This document shows, in pieces, positions 47,706 through 57,669 of a stretch of DNA of 64,000 bases. This DNA comes from Arenicellales bacterium (lineage in GTDB: Bacteria; Pseudomonadota; Gammaproteobacteria; Arenicellales; Poriferihabitantaceae): the NCBI GenBank assembly GCA_965231905.1, contig CBDDOO010000001.1, forward strand, positions 324,900 to 388,899. The letters run 5' to 3'. Under the pieces are notes generated by a model that saw nothing but the letters and a program-made list of their open reading frames with translations, searched no databases and was not told where the DNA came from. How positions within the stretch are numbered: position 1 is the stretch's first letter; each line of letters opens with the position of its first letter. Both the position numbers and the translations under genes were made by a program.

Positions 47706-48376
47706 TATGCGGGACATGGTAAATATAAATCTCTGTTCTCGTTCGCGGACACGTAGAGCATGAAATTTATTTGTTTAACTCCATCCGAATTCGTGTTCCA
47801 ATCGCCGGTATCAGGATTTTCCGGGCCGCTAAATGCATAAGTCCCCGGCCAATCTTCCAAGCTTCTGTCTATTGTATAATCCGGAAAGGGATCATCGCAA
47901 GAGAGACTACCATTGACGAGTTTAATACGCAGATTGTTCTCAGCCTGGAAATTCATTAATATGACCCGGTACCCAGTAATCGGGAGCGATGTTACTGTTA
48001 TTGATCCGGTGTAATTCCCCTGGAATTGTACAAGCAAAGTACCTCCAAAAGTCCATCGGCTTACTTCTGTCGCGTTTTGTGTCGCTAGTCTGTCCTGCGC
48101 ATCCAGAGCGTTCAGCGTTCCATCAGCTCCCGTTCCACCGCTTCCCGTTCCATCGTTTCCTGTTCCATCGTTTCCTGTTCCACCGCTTCCCGTTCCGCCG
48201 CTTCCCATTTCACCGCTTCCCGTTCCGCCGTTTGGCGAGACATCTGCATGAGCAGGCAATAATACGCTGTTTATAATCGGCTTATTCCATGCGGTGACGG
48301 CAACCCCTCCAACGGTCAGGCTCTTGATGATTTGTGATCTTTTCTGTAAGTCTGTCTTTTCTTCTTCTCGATTCAT
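47696..48376 (-). CDS. secreted hypothetical protein with Gly/Thr/Ser pentapeptide repeat tract
   Basis: N-terminal hydrophobic segment ending in AHA, then GGTGSGEMGSGGTGSGGTGNDGTGNDGTGSGGTGADG, then a beta-rich C-terminal domain. Confidence 0.6.
   Translation of the reverse strand: MNREEEKTDLQKRSQIIKSLTVGGVAVTAWNKPIINSVLLPAHADVSPNGGTGSGEMGSGGTGSGGTGNDGTGNDGTGSGGTGADGTLNALDAQDRLATQNATEVSRWTFGGTLLVQFQGNYTGSITVTSLPITGYRVILMNFQAENNLRIKLVNGSLSCDDPFPDYTIDRSLEDWPGTYAFSGPENPDTGDWNTNSDGVKQINFMLYVSANENRDLYLPCPAYQK
48116..48235. repeat. 15-bp in-frame tandem repeat, ~8 copies
   Basis: CGTTCCACCGCTTCC-type units counted from 48116 to 48235, encoding the GTGSG/GTGND repeats on the minus strand. Confidence 0.85.
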
Positions 48377-48486
48377 GACTATGGTCGAATAGTGAATGTA
48401 TGTTATTGTGCCGGGACATCATTTTGATTTTCGCGAATGAACCTATATCATAATAGTCTGCCAGTGACAATCTTCCAGCAACAGAC

Positions 48487-49314
48487 ATGACTGACGACAT
48501 AGCGGCCATGAAGCTCTACCATCAGGTAGACCGGGTATTCAATGAGTTGGACTCCCTCGGGATCAAGGATCAGGACCCGGTCGATGTATCCGTGTTGAGC
48601 GCTTATGATCAATACCATTATCTGGGCACCGATGCCGTGGATGAGGCGATTGAAAAGCTGAATATCAGTTCAAACATGGAAATCATGGAAATCGGTTCTG
48701 GAATCGGTGGCCCGGCGCGCTATCTTGCACATACTTCCGGGTGCAGGGTGACTGCTCTGGAACTGCAACCGGAATTGAATGCCACGGCGATGAAACTGAC
48801 AGCCCGTTGTCGCCTCCAGGACAAGGTGACCCATCTGTGCGGCGACATACTTGATGGCCCTCCAGAGAACAGACAATATGACGCGCTGGTCAGTTGGCTT
48901 ACCTTTCTGCATATTCCCGACCGCCCCGCTCTCTACCGAAACTGCTTCGCCGCCTTGAAGCCCGGTGCCGGCCTCTATGTTGAAGATTATTTTGAGCGCA
49001 ATCCCCTGAGCGATCAGGAGAAACAGGTATTGAGCCGGGAAGTCCACTGTGACCGTGTTCCGACTATGGCTGAGTATTTTGATGAGCTTTGTGAGGCGGG
49101 ATTTACCCGAATCGGGCTGGTGGACAAATCAGCCGAATGGACCCGGTTTGTCGTCGAGCGGCAATCCGCCTTCGAAAATGCCAGGGAGCGCAACGAAGAC
49201 CTGCACGGGAAAAAGATCGTGAATGGCCTGTCGGAGTTTTACAGCGCCATTGTCAATCTGTTTACGGCCGGGAATCTCGGCGGAATCTGCTTCACGGCCT
49301 GGAAACCCGGATAA
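48487..49314 (+). CDS. class I SAM-dependent methyltransferase
   Basis: EIGSGIGGPARYLA (motif I), acidic end of beta-2 (VTALELQ), and DALVSWLTFLHI (motif post-II/III). Confidence 0.85.
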   Translation: MTDDIAAMKLYHQVDRVFNELDSLGIKDQDPVDVSVLSAYDQYHYLGTDAVDEAIEKLNISSNMEIMEIGSGIGGPARYLAHTSGCRVTALELQPELNATAMKLTARCRLQDKVTHLCGDILDGPPENRQYDALVSWLTFLHIPDRPALYRNCFAALKPGAGLYVEDYFERNPLSDQEKQVLSREVHCDRVPTMAEYFDELCEAGFTRIGLVDKSAEWTRFVVERQSAFENARERNEDLHGKKIVNGLSEFYSAIVNLFTAGNLGGICFTAWKPG

Positions 49315-49417
49315 AGTATGACAGGACAATCACGGGGTATTGTCTCCCTGATCAAGCGGGGGCAGGCTCTGCGAATATTCTAATTCAAACAATCCCTGTA
49401 TGACAGGAGGAGAAAAG

Positions 49418-50722
49418 ATGAAAACGAAAAACAGTCACATCAATCCCGCAAAAAGAGCGACCCTGAAGAAAGCGGGAACCGTAGCGGCGCTCGCCGCCGC
49501 GGCCCAGTTCAACCCCGCAATGACCGCCTGGGTCTATGGTTCCGACCAGCCGATCAAGGTTGGCATGCAATTACACAGAACCGGAATCGGCGCCTCTTAT
49601 GGCCGATGGTATGAGCGCACTGCTGCGGCGGCGGCCCGGATCATAAACGACGAAGGCGGGATTAACGGCCGTCCGCTGGAACTGGTGATCGAGGATGATG
49701 GTACGGACCCCAGGCGTGGCGCGGAAGTGATCGAAAAATTCGCGACCCTGCATAAAGTGGATGTCGCTTATGGTACCCTGTTTTCCCATGTGGTTATCGG
49801 CTCCTCCCCCCGGGCCGGGGAACTGAAACTGCCCTATTATGTGGTATCCGAAGGTCATCACGTTGCCTCGGGCAGCCTGAATCGTTATGTGTTCCAACCC
49901 GGAATAACCGATGTCAGATCCCAGGTTATTTCCATGGCGCCCTGGGTAGCGGAAAATCTGGGCAAGAAGGTCACCATGATTTTCCCGGACTTTGCGTTCG
50001 GTCATGACCATCGGGACTATTTCTCCGCCGCGATCCAGGAACAGGGCGGCGAAGTACTTGAATTGATTGCGGTTCCTCCCACCGAGTCCTCGTTTACCCG
50101 GTATCTGCCCAGAATACCCTCGGATACCGAAGTGCTTTATCACGTCATGGTCGGGCCGGGCGTGCTCACATTCGTCAAGGAAATGGGTCAGCATTTCGGC
50201 AGTAACCGTCCGCAGATTTTTGGTTTTATCGATTCTCTGGAGGCGGTTGATCTGGCTACCCCCCAGCTTGAGTTTCTGGAAGGCACCCATTTCTGGGAGG
50301 CTTACCCCCGTTATGCCCAGACCGGGCAAAGCGAGTATGACGCCTTTTATCGTCAGGCTGTAGGGGTGGACCAGAACGGCGCCAGCGTGAACGATGCCCG
50401 CGATGTATCGACCTATTCCCACATGTTCGGTTGCTGGGAAACCCTGTTCATTATCAAACAGGCGATGGAAATAAGCGGCTATTCAGAGCAGAGCGCGGCG
50501 CACAAAAAGGCGTTGATCGAAGCTACGGAATCCTTGCAGGAATTTTCCGAAGGCCGGAACCATCCCCAGGGGAACAAGGTTTTCAATAGCAGAATTCACC
50601 AGAGTTTCGGTCATCAGAACATCTCCCGGGTTGAAGGTGGCCGCCTCAAGGTGGTTCACAGGACATCCATCGAAGACGGCCTGTACGAACCCGAAGCCGA
50701 CTACACGCAGATGGCGCTTTAG
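49418..50722 (+). CDS. ABC transporter substrate-binding protein, LivJ/Peripla_BP_6 type
   Basis: AGGAGG RBS before ATG 49418. N-terminal signal with RATLKKAG (possibly Tat-like). IKVGMQLHRTG...INDEGGINGRPLELVIEDD is typical of the family. Confidence 0.85.
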   Translation: MKTKNSHINPAKRATLKKAGTVAALAAAAQFNPAMTAWVYGSDQPIKVGMQLHRTGIGASYGRWYERTAAAAARIINDEGGINGRPLELVIEDDGTDPRRGAEVIEKFATLHKVDVAYGTLFSHVVIGSSPRAGELKLPYYVVSEGHHVASGSLNRYVFQPGITDVRSQVISMAPWVAENLGKKVTMIFPDFAFGHDHRDYFSAAIQEQGGEVLELIAVPPTESSFTRYLPRIPSDTEVLYHVMVGPGVLTFVKEMGQHFGSNRPQIFGFIDSLEAVDLATPQLEFLEGTHFWEAYPRYAQTGQSEYDAFYRQAVGVDQNGASVNDARDVSTYSHMFGCWETLFIIKQAMEISGYSEQSAAHKKALIEATESLQEFSEGRNHPQGNKVFNSRIHQSFGHQNISRVEGGRLKVVHRTSIEDGLYEPEADYTQMAL

Positions 50723-50821
50723 ACATTGAAACGCTGTGGACGGCCAACCCCTTGAAACGGGGTTGGCTGGCGCTTCGATCAGCCTCCCGTAGTCGAACAA
50801 GCTGAAAAACCGGGTTCTTTC

Positions 50822-51703
50822 GTGGATTTCGGACCATTCCTGTTTCTCGCCTCCCTGGAAGGGCTGGTACAGGCGGCGGTACTGAGCCTGACGGCGCTGG
50901 GACTGTGCCTGGTGTTCGGAGTCATGCGCGTCGTCAATGTCGCGCATGGGGAGTTTTATATGCTGGGCGCCGTTCTGGCCTGGTGGGTCACCAGTTTGTT
51001 TCCGGTTCATCCCGCCGCCGGATTTCTGGCGGCGTTGGTGATCGGTCCGGCCCTGGTTGGAGTCATTGCCTTTTGCAGCGAAAGGCTGGTTCTTGAAAAG
51101 ATCGACTACAATCCCGAAGCCACAATCGTCGCCACAATCGGGGTTTTGTATATTCTGCAGCAGTCCGCCCTGCTGTTGTTTGGCCCCGACGCCAGACCGG
51201 TGCAGCCACCCCTGTATTTTCGGGTTGACTTCCCCTGGTTCGGCTATTCCGGTTACAAGCTCCTGGTCGTTGCCATGGCCATTGTTATCCTGCTGGGCAG
51301 TTGGTATGCGCTCAGCCGAACCCGGGCCGGTCTGATCATGCGCGCCACACAGGTCGATGGAGAGATGGCGCAAGCCTTCGGTATTCCGGTGAACCGTGTA
51401 TATGGCTGGGTTTTCGCGGTGGGAGCCATGTTTGCGGCGCTGGCGGCGGTTCTGATTGTCCCGATTCGTCAGGCCCACTACCTGATGGGTCTTGACCCGT
51501 TGCTGCTGTCATTTATCGTGGTCATTACCGGCGGGCTCGGGAGTATCCGCGGAACTATATTGGCGGCGATCATCATCGGTATGAGCGATGGCGTCATTTC
51601 CATGTTCTTTTCCCCTACGCTGGCGAAGATGGCCGCCACATTTCTGGTTGCCATGGTGCTGGTGTTCAAACCCGAAGGGCTGTTCGGGGTCAGGGAGCGA
51701 TGA
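50822..51703 (+). CDS. livH: branched-chain amino acid-type ABC permease
   Basis: LTALGLCLVFGVMRVVNVAHGEF matches the LivH N-terminal signature. GTG start. Confidence 0.85.
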   Translation: MDFGPFLFLASLEGLVQAAVLSLTALGLCLVFGVMRVVNVAHGEFYMLGAVLAWWVTSLFPVHPAAGFLAALVIGPALVGVIAFCSERLVLEKIDYNPEATIVATIGVLYILQQSALLLFGPDARPVQPPLYFRVDFPWFGYSGYKLLVVAMAIVILLGSWYALSRTRAGLIMRATQVDGEMAQAFGIPVNRVYGWVFAVGAMFAALAAVLIVPIRQAHYLMGLDPLLLSFIVVITGGLGSIRGTILAAIIIGMSDGVISMFFSPTLAKMAATFLVAMVLVFKPEGLFGVRER

Positions 51704-52662
51704 ACGCGCTTGCCAAAAGGAAGTCCCTTCTGCTCCATGCCACGGTCATTGCGGTTCTTTTCTGCCTGCAATTCGTCCTGCCGGAATACCATCATCTGAT
51801 CGCTACCCGGATCATGGTGCTGGCGGTTTTCGCCATGGGATTCAATGTCCTTTTCGGTTATACCGGATTGCTGAGTCTCGGTCATGCCTTGTTTTTCGCC
51901 ACCGGGCTGTATGCCGCGGGCCTGACTGTTTATCATCTGGAATGGGGCGTGGCCTCCGCATTCGTTTTCGCTATATTCACCGGCGCTCTCGTCTCTGCAT
52001 TGGTTGGCGCCATCGCATTGCGTACCCGTGGCGTGGCGTTCATGATCGTTACGCTGATGTTTGCCCAGGTGGCTTATCTGGCCACTCTGCATTTCACGAC
52101 CTGGACCCGCGGTGATGAGGGGTTGGTCCTTCCCGAGTCGGCGCGAAGCATGGAACTGATGGGGTTACAGTTCAACCTGACAGACCCCGCTACCCGGTAT
52201 TTTATCGCGTGGACCCTGCTGACCGTCTGTCTGATCATTATTTATCGCCTGGTCAATGGTCCCACCGGCAGGGCCTTGATCGCAATCCGCGAAAATGAAG
52301 AAAGAACCCGCATGCTGGGTTACAATACCTTTGCCATCAAGCTCAAGGCTGTGGTCATATCGGGAACGCTGTCCGCCGGCGCCGGCGCCGCATACTCCCT
52401 GTTGTTTGCCTATATCGGATCCTCTTTCGCGAGTATCCAGTATTCCATTGATGTCCTGCTGTTCACCCTTGTGGGGGGCGCCGGGACGGTACTGGGTCCA
52501 CTGGTGGGCAGTTTCATGATGTTTTACCTGATTGACATTGCCAGCAACTATACCGCCGCCTGGCTGCTTGTCACCGGGGCTGTACTCATATTTCTGATCC
52601 TTTACTTCCCCAAAGGCATTCTGGGCGCCGTGCGGGAACGGTGGATCGCCTGGTTGCCGTAA
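51700..52662 (+). CDS. livM: branched-chain amino acid-type ABC permease
   Basis: ATGA overlap with livH. GYTGLLSLGHALFFATGLY matches the LivM signature. Confidence 0.85.
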   Translation: MNALAKRKSLLLHATVIAVLFCLQFVLPEYHHLIATRIMVLAVFAMGFNVLFGYTGLLSLGHALFFATGLYAAGLTVYHLEWGVASAFVFAIFTGALVSALVGAIALRTRGVAFMIVTLMFAQVAYLATLHFTTWTRGDEGLVLPESARSMELMGLQFNLTDPATRYFIAWTLLTVCLIIIYRLVNGPTGRALIAIRENEERTRMLGYNTFAIKLKAVVISGTLSAGAGAAYSLLFAYIGSSFASIQYSIDVLLFTLVGGAGTVLGPLVGSFMMFYLIDIASNYTAAWLLVTGAVLIFLILYFPKGILGAVRERWIAWLP

Positions 52663-53396
52663 TGCTGATCGAAACCCGCAACCTGTCCCGGTCGTTTGGC
52701 GGATTGCAGGCTGTCCGGGGTGTGGACTTCTCGGTTAATGTCGGAGAGGTGCGGTCGATCATCGGTCCCAATGGCGCTGGAAAGACGACCCTGGCCAGCC
52801 TCATATCCGGGAGATTGTCGGCTGACAAGGGATCAATCCGGCTTGCCGGGAAAGAAATCACGCCTTTGCCGACCTGGCAGAGAGTGCGGCTCGGCATTGC
52901 CTATACCTTTCAAATCACCAGCATCTATCCGGCCCTGTCGGTTTTTGAGAATGTCGCTATCGCCGCGCAACTGCGAACGCAACTCCGGCAACCCGCCGAT
53001 GCCGCCAGCCCGGCCCGGTCTGTGGATGAGATCGTGGTCGAGTGTCTGGACAGGGTAGGGCTCCGTATCGACCCGCGGCAAAAGGCGGGAGAAACCGCCT
53101 ACGGTCACCAGCGACTGCTGGAAATAGCCATGGGACTGGCGCTGCGCCCGGTACTGCTGATACTGGACGAACCCACCCAGGGACTGTCTGACGGAGAGAC
53201 GGAAGTGTTCAAATCCCTGATCCGGGAAATCAGACAATCTACTACAATCCTGCTGATTGAACATAATGTCCCGGTGGTTACTTCCCTGTCGGACCGGATT
53301 ACGGTCATGAATCAGGGCGCCATACTGGCTGAGGGCGCTCCCGATGAAATCCAGCGCAACGATGCAGTCCAGACTGCCTATCTGGGACGTGTGTGA
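52662..53396 (+). CDS. livG: ABC transporter ATP-binding protein
   Basis: TAATG overlap with livM. GPNGAGKTT, YGHQRLLEIAMGL, and LILDEPTQGL. Confidence 0.9.
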   Translation: MLIETRNLSRSFGGLQAVRGVDFSVNVGEVRSIIGPNGAGKTTLASLISGRLSADKGSIRLAGKEITPLPTWQRVRLGIAYTFQITSIYPALSVFENVAIAAQLRTQLRQPADAASPARSVDEIVVECLDRVGLRIDPRQKAGETAYGHQRLLEIAMGLALRPVLLILDEPTQGLSDGETEVFKSLIREIRQSTTILLIEHNVPVVTSLSDRITVMNQGAILAEGAPDEIQRNDAVQTAYLGRV

Positions 53397-53400
53397 GCGT

Positions 53401-54111
53401 ATGTTTTCAGCAAGACAGGTCAACGCCGGGTATACCTCCGACAGTCACGTGATCCGGGATGTTTCATTTGAACTGGAAAAGGGGGAGGTGCTTTGCCTGC
53501 TGGGTCGAAACGGCGCCGGAAAAACATCCCTGTTGAAAACCATCATGGGCCTGATGCCATTTCGCTCAGGGGAAATTCGGTTGAACGGGGTTGGGTTGAA
53601 CGCCCTGAAGGCGCACGAAATTCCCGCTCATGGGGTGGGCTATGTGCCCCAGGGGAGGCGGCTGTTTGCTGAATTGACCGTGGCGGAGAACCTTGAGATC
53701 GGCCTGTTGCTGAAAAAACAGGAAAAGCGCCTTCTGGATCAGGCGCTGGACCTGTTCCCGACGCTTCGAGCGCGGTTCAACCAGATTTCCGGCACATTGA
53801 GCGGCGGGGAACAACAAATGCTGGCTATGGCCAGGGCATTGTGTCTGCATCCTTCTCTGCTTTTGCTGGATGAACCGACCGAAGGGCTGATGCCCTCCAT
53901 GATTTCAACGATTCGGAGCGTCATCAGCCGACTCGCCGGGGAAGGGGTTGGCGTCCTTCTCGTGGAACAACGAATTGATGCTGTGCTGGGGGTCGCTGAC
54001 CGCGTCGCATTCATGGAGAACGGGGTACTGCACAAATCCCTGGATGTGGCGGAAGTGGAACACGATGAAGAGCTGATCCGGCGTTACATCGGTATCGGGC
54101 GGGCTGATTGA
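53401..54111 (+). CDS. livF: ABC transporter ATP-binding protein
   Basis: GRNGAGKTS, LSGGEQQMLAMARAL, and LLLDEPTEGL. Start at ATG 53401, after the livG stop. Confidence 0.9.
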   Translation: MFSARQVNAGYTSDSHVIRDVSFELEKGEVLCLLGRNGAGKTSLLKTIMGLMPFRSGEIRLNGVGLNALKAHEIPAHGVGYVPQGRRLFAELTVAENLEIGLLLKKQEKRLLDQALDLFPTLRARFNQISGTLSGGEQQMLAMARALCLHPSLLLLDEPTEGLMPSMISTIRSVISRLAGEGVGVLLVEQRIDAVLGVADRVAFMENGVLHKSLDVAEVEHDEELIRRYIGIGRAD

Positions 54112-55517
54112 AATTCGGACTGCCAACGTGGTTATTATTGGCCGGCTGGAGCCTCTGCCCGGCTGACGTTTTGGCCCACAGCGCCGAACGCGGGCTGATT
54201 CTGCTGCTCCCGACCGAACTCTACATAATCGGTGGGGCGCTGGCCGTTTTGCTGTCTTTTATCGTGTTGGCCGTCATTCCTCATGATTTTTTCAAGCGCC
54301 TGGCGGGTCACAGTCAGACGATAAGGGGAATTTCAGGGCTTCCTGTTGTACCTTTCAGCCTGGGGTCGACTCTGGTTCTCGCCTTTTTGATCATCACTGG
54401 CATCGAAGGCTCCCGGGACCCGTTGCTGAATCCACTGCCCATCACGGTCTGGACTCTGTTCTGGGTCCTGTTCACCCTCCTGCAATGTGTTACCGGCAAT
54501 CTCTGGGGTTACTTCAATCCCTGGAGCGGCATGGCCTGGGGAGTTCGGCGGGTTTTTTGTCTCAAACCCCGGTATGCGGCGCTGCCGGAAGGATTTGGAT
54601 ATTTCCCGGCGATGATCCTGTTCGCGGGATTTGCCTGGTTTGAACTGGTTGACCCGGCCCCGGAAGACCCCGACCGGCTGGCCTGGATGGTTCTGGCCTG
54701 GTGGCTGATCAATCTGATTGCGGTATTGATATACGGCGAGGAAAAATGGTTTGAGCGCGGCGAGCCTTTTGCCATTTTCTTTCGCCTGATCGGGAAACTT
54801 TCGCCATTTCAGCCCGACGGCGGCAACGGCGGAAAAATCAGGATAATGGTTCCCGGATCAGCCATCAGTACCCTGCCCGCCCTGCCTCTTTCCGGCGCTC
54901 TTTTCGTGCTGTTGACCCTGAGCGCGGTTTCCTTTGACGGTCTTTCGGGAACCTTCTTCTGGTTGAGCCTGATTGGGGTCAACCCGCTGGAATTCCCCGG
55001 CAGAAGCTCGGTGATGTTCGACAATTCCCTGGGGCTGGCTGGCGGATTCGGGTTGCTGGTTCTGCTGTATCTGGCGTGTGTGTACGCGGGTTGGAAAATG
55101 GCGGGGGTAAAAATCGGCTTTGTGGAGGTTGCCGGGAGACTGGTGTACTCCATTATTCCCATATCCCTGGTGTTTCATTGCGCCCACTACCTGACCCGGA
55201 TTCTGGTCAACGTCCAGTATGCCTTTCTCGCCTGGAATGATCCGTTGTCCCGGGACTGGAACCTGCTCGGCGCCAGTCACTTTCATGTCACCACTTCATT
55301 TTTTAATCATCTTGATGCGGTGGCCCTGATATGGGGCGTGCAGACGGCGGTCATCGTTCTTGGGCATGTGATTGGTATTTTCATCGCCCATGTCATCGCG
55401 CTGGGCATTTATAAGTCCCCCCGAACCGCGGTCAGGAGCCAGGTGTTTCCGGCTATACTGATGGTAGGTTATACGGTGTTTGGATTGTGGCTGCTGTCCA
55501 CTGCCGCCATCGGGTGA
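54108..55517 (+). CDS. polytopic membrane protein of unknown function (~12 TM)
   Basis: 469-aa hydrophobic ORF. The TTG start overlaps the livF stop. No motif recognised. Confidence 0.65.
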   Translation: MKFGLPTWLLLAGWSLCPADVLAHSAERGLILLLPTELYIIGGALAVLLSFIVLAVIPHDFFKRLAGHSQTIRGISGLPVVPFSLGSTLVLAFLIITGIEGSRDPLLNPLPITVWTLFWVLFTLLQCVTGNLWGYFNPWSGMAWGVRRVFCLKPRYAALPEGFGYFPAMILFAGFAWFELVDPAPEDPDRLAWMVLAWWLINLIAVLIYGEEKWFERGEPFAIFFRLIGKLSPFQPDGGNGGKIRIMVPGSAISTLPALPLSGALFVLLTLSAVSFDGLSGTFFWLSLIGVNPLEFPGRSSVMFDNSLGLAGGFGLLVLLYLACVYAGWKMAGVKIGFVEVAGRLVYSIIPISLVFHCAHYLTRILVNVQYAFLAWNDPLSRDWNLLGASHFHVTTSFFNHLDAVALIWGVQTAVIVLGHVIGIFIAHVIALGIYKSPRTAVRSQVFPAILMVGYTVFGLWLLSTAAIG

Positions 55518-55553
55518 AGGTTGGGGAACACTTGGAAAAAACCGGAAAGACAC

Positions 55554-56990
55554 ATGAAACTTGAAACATTCCGCCGGGAAGCGCATGAACTGATTGACTG
55601 GATATATGACTACCGCCAGAAGATTGAGGCGCGGCCAGTGCGGGCACAGGTCGCTCCGGGGGATATCCGCGGAGCGTTGCCGGATGCTCCGCCGGAGCAT
55701 CCGGAACCCTTCGCCGATGTGCTGCGAGACCTCGATACCCTGGTGGTTCCGGGCATTACCCAAATGCAGCATCCCATGCAGTTCGGCTGGTTTCCCTCCA
55801 ATGCCTCGCTGGCCTCGGTACTGGGTGATTTCGCCAGCTCCGGTCTCGGAACCCTGGGCATTTCCTGGGAAAGCTGCCCCGCCCTGACTGAAGTGGAAGA
55901 AGTGGTGTGTGACTGGATGCGGCAACTGGTGGGGCTGTCGGAGCAGTGGGAAGGTACGATCCATGATACCGCGTCCACCGCCTGCCTCTGCGCCATGATC
56001 CTGGCCCGGGAAAAGGCGACCGACTACGGCGAGACCCGGGGCGGGTTACAGCAGGCGGATGCTCCCCTCACGGTCTACACCACCGACGAAGCCCATTCCT
56101 CGGTCCGCAAGGCGGCGCTGCTGGCCGGGTTCGGCGCAGACAATATCCGCCGGGTGTCGATGGATGCCGATACCCGCGCCATGCAGCCAGCCGCGCTGGA
56201 AGCCATGATCGACCGGGATCTGGTCGGTGGCGCCATTCCCGCCATAATTGTGGCTTCGGTAGGCTCTACCGGCGTCACCGCGATGGATCCGGTGGCGGCG
56301 CTGGCAAAATGCGCCAGTCGCAACGGCATCTGGCTCCATATTGACGCCGCTATGGCCGGCTCCGCCATGCTGCTGCCCGAGTGTCGCCACCTTTGGGAGG
56401 GTATTGAGAATGCCGACTCCATCTCGTGGAATCCGCACAAGTGGTTCGGCGCCATCCTTGATTTCGCCCTGTTCTACGTGCGGGACCCTGAACACCTGGT
56501 CCGGGTGATGTCTACGAATCCGAGTTACCTTCGCTCTGGCGTGGACGGAGAAGTGAAGCAGTATCGGGACTGGGGCATCCCTCTGGGACGACGTTTCCGG
56601 GCGCTGAAACTCTGGTTTCATCTGCGCCTCGACGGCGCCGAAGCGATTCGCCTGCGGCTGCGCGCTGACCTCGACAATGCCCGCTGGCTGGCGGCGCAGG
56701 TGGCATCCGAACTCCACTGGGAGGTAGTGGCGCCGGTTACCCTGCAAACCGTGTGCATTTTGCACCGGCCGTCTGGCCTGTCCGGGGAGGCGCTGGATAC
56801 GCATACTCTGGGCTGGGTGGATGCCATCAACCGGTCCGGAGCCGCGTTCCTGTCCCCGGCGAAGATTGATGATCGCTGGATCGCGCGGGTATCCATCGGC
56901 GCTGAGGCCACCGAACGCCGCCATGTGGAAGCGCTCTGGAACCTCGTCCGGGAAACCGTTGCCCTGGTGGATATCAATGGCGAACAGTGA
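55554..56990 (+). CDS. group II PLP-dependent (aromatic-L-amino-acid/tyrosine-type) decarboxylase
   Basis: HPMQFGWFPS, TASTACLCA, DAAMAGSA, and SWNPHKW (PLP lysine). Confidence 0.9.
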   Translation: MKLETFRREAHELIDWIYDYRQKIEARPVRAQVAPGDIRGALPDAPPEHPEPFADVLRDLDTLVVPGITQMQHPMQFGWFPSNASLASVLGDFASSGLGTLGISWESCPALTEVEEVVCDWMRQLVGLSEQWEGTIHDTASTACLCAMILAREKATDYGETRGGLQQADAPLTVYTTDEAHSSVRKAALLAGFGADNIRRVSMDADTRAMQPAALEAMIDRDLVGGAIPAIIVASVGSTGVTAMDPVAALAKCASRNGIWLHIDAAMAGSAMLLPECRHLWEGIENADSISWNPHKWFGAILDFALFYVRDPEHLVRVMSTNPSYLRSGVDGEVKQYRDWGIPLGRRFRALKLWFHLRLDGAEAIRLRLRADLDNARWLAAQVASELHWEVVAPVTLQTVCILHRPSGLSGEALDTHTLGWVDAINRSGAAFLSPAKIDDRWIARVSIGAEATERRHVEALWNLVRETVALVDINGEQ

Positions 56991-57645
56991 GAGAACCGAC
57001 GACGCAACGCTCTACTATGCCCACGACCCGATGTGCTCCTGGTGCTGGGCATTCGCGCCGGCCTTTGAGGCGCTGGAGACCTCCCTGTCGCCGGTGGTTG
57101 GTGACCGACTACAGATCCGGAAGTTACTGGGCGGCCTCGCCCCGGACAGCGACGCGCCGATGCCGGAATCAATGCAGCAGTTCCTGCAGCGAACCTGGGC
57201 AACGATTCAGCAACGGGTACCGGGTACTGTGTTCAATTTTGATTTCTGGACCCGGTGTCGGCCATGCCGCTCCACCTGGCCCGCCTGCCGTGCTGTCATT
57301 GCGGCTCGGGCCCAGGGGGCAAACCGGGACACCGCTATGAATCGGGCAATCCAGCAGGCCTACTACCTGGATGCGCGCAACCCATCCGAGCGGGATACTC
57401 TGATAGCGCTGGCTGAAGAGATTGACCTGGATGTGCCGCGTTTTGCCGCCGACCTGGATGCGCCGCACACCCGAGCCGCCCATACGGTAGAAATGGATCT
57501 GGCGCGGCATCTGGGTGTCCGGGGATTCCCCGGACTGGTCCTGGTAGGCGGTGACCAGGCGCGGGAAATCAGGGTGGATTTTTACGGGCCGACTGCGATG
57601 CAGGCACAGGTGATGGCGCTTGTGGAGGACGGCCGCACAGATTGA
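56977..57645 (+). CDS. DsbA-family thioredoxin-fold protein
   Basis: LYYAHDPMCSWCW (CxxC) plus a DsbA-like helical insert. The start overlaps the decarboxylase gene end by 14 nt. Confidence 0.8.
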   Translation: MANSERTDDATLYYAHDPMCSWCWAFAPAFEALETSLSPVVGDRLQIRKLLGGLAPDSDAPMPESMQQFLQRTWATIQQRVPGTVFNFDFWTRCRPCRSTWPACRAVIAARAQGANRDTAMNRAIQQAYYLDARNPSERDTLIALAEEIDLDVPRFAADLDAPHTRAAHTVEMDLARHLGVRGFPGLVLVGGDQAREIRVDFYGPTAMQAQVMALVEDGRTD

Positions 57646-57669
57646 GCGGGCCGGATGGATCGCGGGCGG

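Noticed and set aside
49571-51478. 283-aa and 331-aa minus-strand ORFs
   Set aside because: They are antisense to the LivJ-type and livH genes, with no motifs.
55296-56924. 222-aa and 292-aa minus-strand ORFs
   Set aside because: They are antisense to the membrane protein and PLP decarboxylase genes, the latter with the NPHKW PLP site on the plus strand.
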